Source: Phyllobates terribilis (lineage: Eukaryota). From it: a DNA stretch of 64,000 nt. The notes beneath the pieces are model-generated. The model saw only the letters and a list, made by a program, of their open reading frames with translations. It searched no databases and was not told the origin of the DNA. Position 1 is the stretch's first letter, and every line of letters starts with the position of its first letter. The stretch covers positions 970,610,001 through 970,674,000 of the forward strand of contig NW_027362761.1 of NCBI RefSeq assembly GCF_046119375.1, in the 5' to 3' direction. Positions 38,761 through 49,985 of the stretch are shown in pieces. The position numbers and the translations under genes are program-made.

Positions 38761-40919
38761 CAAACTCCAATTAGTGGTTTACCTTTACTGTCAGCCCCAT
38801 GTATATTTACCCATATTGACTCTATATTGTCGAAGCTCCCCCCAATGTCATCTTTGAGTACAGGTTTTAAATTGAATTTAAAGGGATTCTGTCAGCAGGT
38901 TTTTGCCTTGTTATCTGAGGGTGGCATGAGGTAGGGGTTAAAACACACACTTCAACAATGTGTCCCTTATCAAGCTGTGTGCTGTTTTTCTTACAGTGAA
39001 GGTTTTGTCACTAGGATTATTATTGTTAGGTCTGATGTGCAGGGGAGTGCTAGTCCAACTCTGCCCTTCCTGTGATAAGCAGCTCACTGTCAATAGACAA
39101 TGTAAATACAGAGCCTGATGTTGGCAGGGTTAGGTTTCTCAGCTCTGCTGCATGCTAAACCTAATTTTGACAACTTCTTATAGTTGATTTATTGAATGAG
39201 ATGAACAGTCAGTGTTTGTACTCATATGACTTAGTTAATGATAGTGTGCCCTCAGCCTTGATGGAAGATATCCAGCCACTATTATGTGATGAAGAAAGCC
39301 ATCTCAGCTTCTCCTTCATTTTTTGTGAAATTAAGTTTTTGGTCATTAATTGGGGTTAATTCCCTCAATTGTAACCTGTGCAAGATTGTGCCAATGAGGA
39401 GGGCTGGACACACAGAACACAAAAGTTTAACAAATAAAAATGTATGGGCTTCTATGACTGCACAGGTATGTTCACACAGGACAAAGATTTTAATCAAACA
39501 AAAATTTATGGGCATGATTGCATTTTCTTCTCACTTATTTTTTTTTTTTAGTGAAAGTAAGCTTTTCTTGTACATCAACTGGGGTGAATTCCCCAATTTG
39601 GAACCTGCGCAGTATTGGGATTTTGTCTTATATTACTGCAAGCAATTTTCTTTAACCAAATCCTCATATTTTTGTAAAAAATAGAATTTTTGTGTTTTGT
39701 GAAGTTTCCTGGTAGAACCCTGCACAGGATTTGGCACGTGCCCAGAACTGTGAGCATAAAAGTCAGTTGCAGTGTTATTTTTCATTTCTAACTCCTATGG
39801 TTGGAGAAACTGGTCAAACTAGAAATTGAACCCTGACCCTTTATTTCCCGTGGACTGGATACCAAGTCAGACACATAAAGTAGCATACAAAGTTGATGGG
39901 ACACACAGTATTATCAAGTCCAGCACTCTGTGTGCATCTTCTATAAAATGCACAGCCAACCAAATTTGGCATGAACCACAGGTCTAGCCAGGTAAATTCT
40001 TAGTAGTCCCCTGCGCAGAAAATTGTAGTCAGTCTCTTAGACTTACTGGCAGTGACAAAACAGAAAGATCTGCCTGATCACAAAAAAACGAATACATTTT
40101 TAATTTTTGTACTGGTTTTTAACCCCTTTCCTAGATATGACGTGTTGGTTCGTCATATGTTGGGTCTCGTTCTTTGTTGTGGGCTCAGGAACTGATGATC
40201 ATGACTGTGTTATTCAGCCATCATATGCCTCTAACAGCCACAAGTGGAGCAGAGCTAAGTCTGCAGCTGTTAACTTGTTAAATGCTGTTGTCAATCTGTG
40301 ACAGCAGGATTTACAGCGCAAGACCAGTGGGGGCGTGCTGTTCTAACTACACATTGGTTCTGATAGATTGCACATGGGCGCGGATAGGGGTCTCCTAAGG
40401 ATGTTGCGTCTATCAGGACTAGTGTTGAGCCACCCCCGTAGTGTTCGAGTTCGGTTCGGTTCGTCAAACACCCTTGTGTTCGCCGAACTGTTCGTCGAAC
40501 TGTTCGTCGAACACCTTCGAACACCGTTAAAACCAATGGCAGGCAAACAAAAACACATAGAAACACATAGAAAACACTTTCAAAGGTGTCCAAAAGCTGA
40601 CAAACTGCTCAGAAGACATAACTAACACATGGAAAAGTGACAAGTACATATAGTCATGCGAAAAGAAAAGAGGTGGAGAAGTAAAAGGAGGGGGAGACAC
40701 AGATATAGGCATGTCATGCCCTTCTAAAATCCAAAAAGTGAGAAGCCGACACGGCCAGTCCGTTCCTGCCCGTGCCACCTCCGTGTCGCCGGGTTTGTGC
40801 CAGAGCCGCGGTGGACCCTGACGGCCAGCCCCCATCTCCCAATACTGGTGCCTGTCCGCTGGTGGGTCGAGCGAGCCCCCTGTGGTGGAAGCAGGTCTAA
40901 GCTTTTTAATTTAAATTGT

Positions 40920-41195
40920 CTCTCTAATTTGAATGAATACACTTTAAATCCTTTTACAAGGATCTATTGGAGGGCAAGTCTCATGCCAGCAGCCGCGTAA
41001 TTCCAGCTCCAGTAGCGTCCACTAAAGCTGCTGCAGTTAAAAAGCTTTTATAAGGATCGAGCTCGGCGGTCCACCGCAAGGCGTCCTACCGCCAGTCCCA
41101 GCCCCTATGCCTTGGGGTGCCTCCTGATGCTCTTCACTGAGTGTCCCGGGGTCCCGAAGCATTTCCTTTGAAAAAATTAAGTGTCTAAACTACAG
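40920..41195 (+). rRNA. 18S rRNA fragment (~275 bp, degenerate, non-functional) inside hAT-B copy 1
   Basis: ATTGGAGGGCAAGTC..TGCCAGCAGCCGCG.TAATTCCAGCTCCA..GCTGCAGTTAAAAAGCT..CTGAGTGTCCCGGGG.CCCGAAGC..TTTGAAAAAATTA are recognisable conserved 18S motifs with substitutions. Confidence 0.93.
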
Positions 41196-41303
41196 GTGGT
41201 GTAGCTTGCTTAACAGCTGGGATAATCTGCTGACTAGCAGACACTGCTACTAGGCACAAAGTATTTCCTGGGCTAGATGCAGTTAAAACTTTGTAATTAG
41301 ATA

Positions 41304-43122
41304 CTCTCGTTGGATGCTGAGAAAGCATTCCATAGAGTCTCCGGCACGCCATATATTATTCTCTTAAAAAGCTTGGGGTAGGGGTCTAGGGGACCCTTTT
41401 ATAGCCAAAATCACGGCCCGGTATCGCAATACGTCACCTAGGCTGAAGATAAATGGAACTGTAGCACCCCGAGGGCTTGGTTGCTACAGAGGTATTGCAC
41501 CTCACCCAGAGGTGTGATATCTCACTCTCAGGTAAGGATGGAGTGTGGATCAGGACCGCGACACCTGCATGCATTACACCACATTGCCGTGGGGCAGGGC
41601 GACCAATATGTCTATGAGATGGGCACGACAGTCCCTGTCCCTGGCTGGAGTGGGGGGAGGGAACACTGAGGAAGGGGAACCCTGTAGTGCAGGAGCAGGG
41701 AGGAAGCAGTTCCTGGGTGCATTGAGAAGGAAGTATAAAAGGTGGGCACCATCTTAGTTCAGTGCAGAGAAGTCTGAGCAGAAGTGACAGGGAGCAGGGG
41801 CTCTGCATGAGCTCTTCTCCGGAGGCGGGCCTAGTAACAGAGGCCCAGGCCTGGAAGAGGGAGAAGGAAGGAAGAGGAGCGCAGAAGGCTCCAGGAACGA
41901 GGAACGAAGGGATCCCAGGGGTGCGACAGGCGAGTCGCCACCGCACGCCCGAATCCACCTGCGTGGAGGGGTCAGTCCAAACGGGGAGACCGGTCCCCGA
42001 AACTAGTGGAGGCAGGAAACGACCCTCAGCTAGAAACCGGAGGCTGTGACATTTTATGTGGCGCAGCCCCTCGCTACACCCGCTAGGAAGGCACCACATA
42101 GGGTCAGGGAAACTGGCGCCAAGTTTACCAAGAGGAGGCCCGAGGCAGCCGGACAGAATGTTGGTAAGAAAGACCAGACAAAGGACACACAAAGGGGGTC
42201 CTGTGAAGCGCTCCAAAGTTATCTGGGAGTTGTCTGAGCCCCTCAACTGGTAAGCACTGTACGAAGTGGGCAGACGTTACCTGCAGAAGTGGTCTGGATA
42301 ATAAGAACTGTGAGTAAAGGCCCTGGACTGCATCACTGACTCCGTGTCATTACTGCTGCTGCCCTACACCATCACCCCCATCCTCCGCATACACTGCCCT
42401 GAGACTATACTCCTCCCGTGGGGAGTTATGCTACGCTCTGCTGCACCCACAACACCAGCCTCAGCGGTCTGCCCTGCAGCGGCGGTTCACTCTGACCGCA
42501 ATCCACGGGTGGCATAGTCGGACATTTAAACATCAAAACCACATAAATAGTTCCGCCACTGGTTTGACCGCCCTGAGCCACGGAACCGGGTCGCCGCCAC
42601 GGAGACTACAACCACCAGCATCCACCAAAAAGGGTCCGGCTCCTGGTGTCCCAATGCCCAGGGGGCGCGTCAGAACATTTTCATCACCTTTCATAATCAC
42701 CAATGGGACAAGGCAGGGATATCCTCTGTCCCCTCTCTTATACATCCTAGTGATGGAGCACCTGCTCTCATCAATTCGCCATAACCCCAATATTAAGTGG
42801 ATTGAGGTGGGAGGCACTGAGTACAAGTGCTCTCTATTTGCTGATGATGTCCTAGTATATATCACTCAATCACATATATCCATCCCTGCTGTTATGGCTG
42901 AAATAGATCACTTTGTTACATGGTCAAATTTTAAAATCAATGCAGCGAAGTCTGAGGCCCTCGATGTCTCCCTCCCAAAATCCATACAGGATTACATCCA
43001 GTCCAACTTTCCCTTTGCCTGGCCCTCACAGAGTATCAAATGCTTAGGAATTCCTATTCATAGAGACCTCTCCCGTCTATGTTATCTTAATTTTGGGCCC
43101 TTTATTGAACAACTCCATACAG
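41304..43122 (+). pseudogene. L1-like ORF2 RT fragment, split by a solo LTR
   Basis: LSLDAEKAF...KINGT|FSSPFIITNGTRQGYPLSPLLY..SLFADDVL..NFKINAAKSE. Confidence 0.9.
41460..42672. mobile_element. Solo LTR, 1213 bp
   Basis: TG..CA termini, 4-bp TSD GAAC (41456-41459, 42673-42676); removing it restores the L1 frame ATA AAT GGA ACA TTT TCA. Confidence 0.9.
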
Positions 43123-43194
43123 ACCACGGTTGGCAAGTTAGAACTGTAAGATTCACTACGTGAACCACTGGTGTTTTGTGGAAAAGCACATGTA

Positions 43195-44556
43195 CACTGT
43201 GTTCCAAATTATTATGTAAAAAGTGTTTAGGAGTGATAAGCGAAGAATTTGTTTGTTTGTCAGTTAAACTCATTGATGGTGATGTGTGTCAGGGCTCTTT
43301 ATATCACTGTAAGCAATTGCAGACACCTGTGCTAATTAGTTTGGCAGGTGTGTCCAATGAAAGGCAAGACTACTTAAGAAGGCTGTCCCACATTATTAAG
43401 CAGCCTACATTTTCTGCCAAAATGGGAAAGAAAAAGGATGTGTCGGCTGCAGAGAAGCAACAAATTGTGGAGTGTTTAGGTCAAGGCATGACTACAATCA
43501 ATATTGTGCGATGATCAGGATGAAGTGTCTTGGCAATCAAGAAGTATGTAGCTGATTCACAGTACACACGTGTGCGTGCTGATAAGGGCAAATTGAGGAC
43601 TCTTTCCTACAGGCAATTACGTCAGGTTAAAATAGCAGGGGCAAAAAAGCCTTGTCATAGCAGCAGACAAGTTTTTGAAGCTGCTGGTGCCTCCAACGTA
43701 CCCCGAACAACAAGATGCATTGTCCTTCAGAGGTTTGCAACTGTGCATACGCCATCCTGTCGACCTCCTCTATCCACTTCACACAAGCAGAAATGGCTCC
43801 AGTGGGCCAAACATTACATGAAGACTGATTTCAAAACTGTTTTGTTCACGGATGAGTGCCGTGCAACGCTCGATGGTCCAGATGGATGGAGTGGAGGATG
43901 GCTGGTTGATGGACACCCCATGCAAACACGGCTACAGCGCCAACAAGGAGGAGGTGGAGTAATGTTTTGGGCTGGAATCATGGGGAGAGAGATTGTAGGC
44001 CCCTTTAGGATCCCTGAAGGGGTAAAGATGAACTCCATAATGTATGTGGAGTTTCTCAAACAGCACTTCCTGCCATGGTTCAAGAAGAAGAACCGTGTAT
44101 TCCACAGCAAGATCATTTTTATGCATGATAATGCACCGTCTCATGCTGCACATAACACATCTGCATCTCTGGCTGATATGGGCATAAAAGGGGACAAACT
44201 TATGCTGTGACCCCCATGCTCCCCTGACCTCTACCCCATTCAGAACCTCTGGAGCATCATCAAAAGGAGTGTCTATGATGGCGGGAGGCAGTTCACATCT
44301 AAGCAACAGCTCTGGGAGGGTATTCTGTCCTCATACAAAACAATTGAAGCAGAAACCATCCAAAACCTGACAAATTCAATGGACGAGAGAGTTCAGAAGC
44401 TCCTTTCGAACAAGGGGTCCTATGTGCAAATGTAACATCACCTAGAATAAAGTTTTGAGTTGAAAACTGTTTGATTTCAGTTTCTAATAACCTGCTAATG
44501 CTTATAATTTCAAAAATGACCATTTTTTTGGTCTTTATTAAAATGAAAAGGTTGAT
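43195..44556 (+). mobile_element. Tc1-like DD37E (TRT-type) element, right end missing
   Basis: TA then CACTGTGTTCCAAATTATTATG; MGKKKD..VLFTDECRATLDGPDGW..FMHDNAPSH..(W)PPCSPDLYPI(Q); 37 residues between the second D and the E position. Confidence 0.85.
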
Positions 44557-44684
44557 CGAAGAGTGTGGGGGATCTAAGAGTGTGGCAACCTAGTAGTCAG
44601 GATTACTTCGAATTCTGACAATCTGAGGGTCATGTTGCAGGTAGTGCAGCAAAAAGGCACTTATGTGTCTTGCGCATCTCGGAG

Positions 44685-44960
44685 CCCCAAAATTATTTAC
44701 CGGGCTAGATGCAGCTAAAAATTATTATTAATTTTAAATCTGGTGGAGCTTATTATAGATGGCCTAATAGAATCAGTACTGCACACTGCTACAAAGCCCA
44801 AATTATTTTCCAGCCAAGATACAGATAAACATGATTAGTAATTTTAAATCTGGTGGAGCTTAGTATAGATTTCCTATTAGAATCAGTGCTGCACACTGCT
44901 ACAAAGCCCAAATTATTTTCCAGCCAAGATACAGATAAACATGATTAGTAATTTGAAAGC
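44685..44960 (-). repeat. 110-bp monomer variant, about 2.5 copies, 3' of the transposase in copy 1
   Basis: AAAGCCCAAATTATT near 44792 and 44902; similar to the 48790-49985 unit. Confidence 0.8.
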
Positions 44961-45002
44961 TTAAAACGGTTGGTGAGGTGATTTTAACCAATCATCAAGC
45001 TT

Positions 45003-48000
45003 TTACTCTCCCCAGGATGACACAGGGGTAGAAAAGTCGTTTCGGATCCATGATTTGTTCATCTTTATGAACGTGAGTCTGTCTACATTATCAGTGGAGA
45101 GCCGCGTGCTCTTATCTGTCAGCACACTACCAGCAGCGCTGAACACACGTTCAGACAGAACGCTGGCTGCGGAGCATCACAAGATCTCCAAGGCGTAAGT
45201 GGCTAGCTCCAGCCATTTATCCAGATTGGAAGCCCAAAAAGAGCAAGGGTCCAGTGACACAGTCATGACTTCAATGTTTACTTGGAGATACTCCTGTACC
45301 ATCGTCTCTAGGCGTTGACTATGTGTCAGACTTCTTGTCTCCTGTGGCCTTGCAAAGGATGAGCTAAAAAAGTGGTGAAATGATTCCGCAAAATTGATGT
45401 TACCAGCAGATACTGTGTTTCTGTTACGGTTTGAGTGCTGAACACTCGACGGTCCCACGGTTGGCAATTTGGAACTGTGAGATTCACTACGTGCACCACT
45501 GGTGTTTTGTGGAAAAGCACATGTAAGATTCTGCAACAGTCTCTGCTGATACTCCTGCATGCATGCATCCCTTTCTATGGCAGGAATAATTTCTGCAAAT
45601 TTACTTTTGTATCGGGGATCTAACAGTGTGGCAACCCAGTAGTCAGGATTATTTCTAATTCTCACAATTCGAGGGTCATGTTGCAGGTAGTGCAGCAAGA
45701 AGGCACTCATGTGTCTTGCGCATCCAGGAGCACCAAGTCCCTGTTGTGTTGGTGGCGAGGTAACAATCATGCTTCCTTCCTCTGTCCTCTCCCCCCAACC
45801 TCGCACAACAGAAATGTGATCAAGGTCTCCCTCACCTGATGAGTCTTCCATCAGTTCGTCCTCCACTTCTTCCTGGGCTCCTGCACCTTCCTCACTAGTT
45901 TTGCTGCTACCATTCGCCCTGGTAAAACCATCTCCCCCACCCTCACATGCCTGCCGCCTTGGTGCTGCCGACCATCTGGACCTTGCAGATGTTAGCCCTT
46001 CCGCATACAACTCCTCCTCCTCTACTTCCTCCACCTCCTCTTGTGCCACCACTTGACTCCGAATTCTGTTTAACATGTGCTCCAGCATGTAAATCACCGG
46101 AATAGTCATGCTGATAATGCCATCGTCAGCACTAAACATCTTCGTCGCCATTTCAAAACTGTGCAGAAGGGTGCATAGGTCCCTGATCTGAGACCACTCC
46201 TCCAGCGTGATTTGCCCCACCTCTGGATCTCGTTGGCCCAGGCTATACGTCAGAACGTATTGCACCAGGGCTTGTCGGTGCTGCCACAGTCGCTGCAACA
46301 TGTGCAGAGTTGAATTCCACCGGGTAGGCACATCGCATTTTAGCCGGTGAAGTGGCAGGCCCAACGACTTCTGTAGAGATGTAAGTCGCTGAGCTGCGGG
46401 ATGCGAACGGCGGAAGTGAGCACACAGCGACCGTGCCCTCTGCAGAAGGCCATCTAGTCCGGGATAGTGGGGTAAAAATTGCTGGACAACCAGGTTCAAC
46501 ACGTGAGCCATACAAGGCACGTGTGTGACATTGCCCCGGCGAAGGGCCGCACCCAGGTTTGCAGCATTGTCGCACACGGCCTTCCCTAGTTTCAGGTCCA
46601 GTGGAGACAACCATTCATGAAATTGGTTCTCCAGAGCTGACCACAACTCCTCAGCTGTGTGACTCACATTTCCCAAACATTTCAAAGTAAAAACCACCTG
46701 ATGACGTTGAGCCCTACTGCGAGCATAGTAAGGAGGTGTGCAGGATCCCTTCTGCGCAGTTAGAAAGCTTGTGGCATGACCAGACAGGCTTTGGGTGCAG
46801 GTGGAGGACCGAGAGGAGGTTGAGGAGGCAGAAGCAGTGGAGGAACTTTGAGATAAAGAGGATTGACGCACAATTCGTGGGGATGGCAAGACTTGGACAG
46901 CAGCCCCTTGTCCTGCTGTCACCATAGTTACCCAGTGCCCAGTCAGCGACATGTAACGCCCCTGTCCATGCCTTCTCATCCAAGTGTCTGTGGTGAAATG
47001 CACCCTGTCACACACAGAGTTTCTCAAAGAAGCGGTGATGTTGTGTGCGACATGCTGGTGGAGCGCAGGCACACCTTTCTTTGAGAAGTAGTGCCAACTG
47101 GGCATCTGGTACTGGGGCACTGCGACGGACATAAGGTCTCGAAAATCCTCTGTGTCCACCAGGCGGAAAGGCAGCATTTCTGTAGCCAAGAGCTTGCAGA
47201 TGGTGAAATTCAACCTCTTAGCTTTCTCATGGCTAGGAGGAAATTTTCTTTTACTTGTCCACATCTGAGGGACCGAGGGCTGGCTATTGTGCTTAGACGG
47301 GGTTGATAAGGGTGTCCCCGGCAAACTGCCGGTCTGTGAGGAAGATGCAGGCGGACATGTTAGGTTGCCTTGATCCAAAGGTGGTGCTATCGATGTCAGA
47401 CAGCGCTCAACACCAACTGGTGTTACCACCTCCAAAGAAAATGATGACCTGTCAATCACGCTGGCTGTTGCGGGTAAAGAGGTGGCAGGTCTGCGTCCCA
47501 AAACAGGTGTGACTGCTGTCCCCCCAGTCACAGAGGATGAAGAGGCAGCGGATGCACAAGATATGGCAGACAGTGGTTGGCCCGGCAGGCTAGGCCGCAT
47601 TGTAGCACACTGAGCTTCCCACTGCAACTTATGCTTCATGTCCATGTGCCGGTTCATGCATGAAGTACTCAAACTATGTATTTTTTGGCCTCTACTTAGC
47701 TTTTGCTGACAAATGTTACAGATAACACGAGTTGGGTCATCTTTATCGATCAGAAAAAATGCCCAGGCTATGCAAGGCTTAGCACCCATGCGACCTGAAG
47801 AGCCACCACGACTTGTGGTGAGAGGCAGAGTTGTGTTTGAGGATGCAGTTGTTGACTTGCTTCCAGTACTACGTCTCTGTCCAGGAAGGCGCAACCTGAC
47901 CTTGTCGTCACTAGCATTCTCCTCCACCTCCTCTGCTGACCTCATCCCTTGGCTGACTGTGGGTTGACAGTAAGTGGGATCTCCAACCTCATCATCATCA

Positions 48001-48704
48001 CCCTGTGCGTTATCACACCCGTCGTCCTCAGAGCCAACCTGTTCCTGCCCTGACAAAAAACTAAAGTTGTCGCTCCTATCAGGTATTTGAGTCTCATCAT
48101 CGTCTTCCTCATTGTCTCCACCAACATGAGTTACAATTTGGGAATGAGGGTCTACATTATGGTCAGAACCTTCAGCGTCTGGTCCTGGATCCGACTCATA
48201 AAGATTCTGGGCATCAGTGCAAAACATTTCCTCGTCTGGATTCACAGAAGCGCTGGAGCCGACCTCTGATTCCCAGGCTATAGTATGAGTAAACAGCTCT
48301 GCAGACTCAACCCTCTGTTCTACCTCATACTCAGACGGGCAGCTGGAGATATGGCAGCAGTGAGGAAGCAAGTGCGATTGGGGTGACACCTTTGAGGACT
48401 GGAGTATTTGTGATGTTGAAGTTGATGAGGAGGAGAGCCCACTTAAAGGAGCACTTGATATCCGTTGAAGCACCTGCTGTTTTTGTGCGTCATCTGGAAT
48501 TTGTAGCGATTGGCGTGGCCGTAAGAAAGGGATCTTATCACATTGTCCGCTAAAAGAAGTAGACATTTTAGTTTGGCTGGAAGATGGTCTTTCTTCTGCA
48601 GATGTTACTGTTGCTTTAACACCTACCCCATGGACACAACCTTTTTTCCCCTTCCCAACACGCCTATTCCCCTTTCCACCAGCAGCAGGCCTTTTTCCAC
48701 TCAT
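45003..48704 (-). pseudogene. hAT transposase, 1233 codons, with one in-frame TGA at 45177-45179
   Basis: BED finger (AWAFF..ICNICQ..MNRHMDMKH), FTTDTW, VCDNAANL, PCMAHVLNL, DVPTRWNST; past the TGA the frame continues CSAASVLSERVFSAAG..FIKMNKSW..SWGE to TAA at 45003. Confidence 0.96.
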
Positions 48705-48789
48705 TTTGGTGGTTAACTAATTCACAACTCTGGAGTTGTTTGCACAAAAAACAATGGATGGGAACCGAGCAGAGCTGAGTGGCCAAACT

Positions 48790-49985
48790 GTAGTATTAGG
48801 CCAAAACTATTGGCTGGGTTAGATGCAGAAAAAAATTATATTCAATTTGCAACCTGATGGAGGTCAGTATAGATGGACTAATAGACCAAGTCCCACACAC
48901 TGCTAGAAGCCCAAATATTTTTTCAGAGCTAGATGCAGAAAAAAATTATATTGAATTTGCAACCTGGTGGAGGTCAGTATAGTTGGACTAATAGACCAAG
49001 TCCCACATACTGCTAGAAGCCCAAATATTTTTTCAGAGCTAGATGCAGAAAAAAAATATTTTTAATTTGCAACCTGATGGAGGTCAGTATAGATGGACTA
49101 ATAGACCAAGTCCCACACACTGCTAGAAGCCCAAATATTTTTTAAGAGCTAGAAGCAGAAAAAAATTATATTCAATTTGCAACCTGATGGAGGTCAGTAT
49201 AGATGGACTAATAGAACAAGTCGCCTACACTGCTAGAAGCCCAAATATTTTTTCAGAGCTAGATGCAGAAAAAAAATATTTTTAATTTGCAACCTGATGG
49301 AGGTCAGTATAGATGGACTAATAGAACAAGTCCCACACACTGCTAGAAGCCCAAATATTTTTTCAGAGCTAGATGCAGAAAAAAATTATATTCAATTTGC
49401 AACCTGATGGAGGTCAGTATAGATGGACTAATAGAACAAGTTCCACACACTGCTAGAAGCCCAAATATTTTTTCAGAGCTAGATGCAGAAAAAAATTATA
49501 TTCAATTTGCAACCTGATGGAGGTCAGTATATATGGACTAATAGACCAAGTCCCACACACTGCTAGAAGCCCAAATATTTTTTCAGAGCTAGATGCAGAA
49601 AAAAATTATATTCAATTTGCAACCTGATGGAGGTCAGTATAGATGGACTAATAGAACAAGTCGCACACACTGCTAGAAGCCCAAATATTTTTTCAGAGCT
49701 AGATGCAGAAAAAAATTATTTTTAATTTGCAACCTGATGGAGGTCAGTATAGATGGACTAATAGAACAAGTCCCACACACTGCTAGAAGCCCAAATATTT
49801 TTTCAGAGCTAGATACAGAAAAAAATTATATTCAATTTGCAACCTTATGGAGGTCAGTATAGATGGACTGATAGAACAAGTCCCACACACTGCTAGAAGC
49901 CCAAATATTTTTTCAGAGCTAGATACAGAAAAAAATTATATTCAATTTGCAACCTTATGGAGGTCAGTATAGATGGACTAATAGA
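48790..49985 (-). repeat. 110-bp tandem array (variant 1), 11 copies, immediately 5' of the transposase ATG
   Basis: GCAACCT at 48849, 48959, 49069 ... 49949, period 110. Confidence 0.97.

Noticed and set aside
40920-41195. Functional rDNA locus or contaminating rRNA sequence
   Set aside because: Only ~275 bp, with substitutions in conserved positions, embedded at identical junctions in two transposon copies.
45177-45179. UGA readthrough or selenocysteine in the transposase
   Set aside because: The paralogous copy has TCA (Ser); a point mutation explains it and no recoding signal was identified.
45003-48704. Domesticated ZBED-like host gene
   Set aside because: It lies within TIRs with a perfect TSD, has a nonsense codon and has a truncated paralogue nearby.
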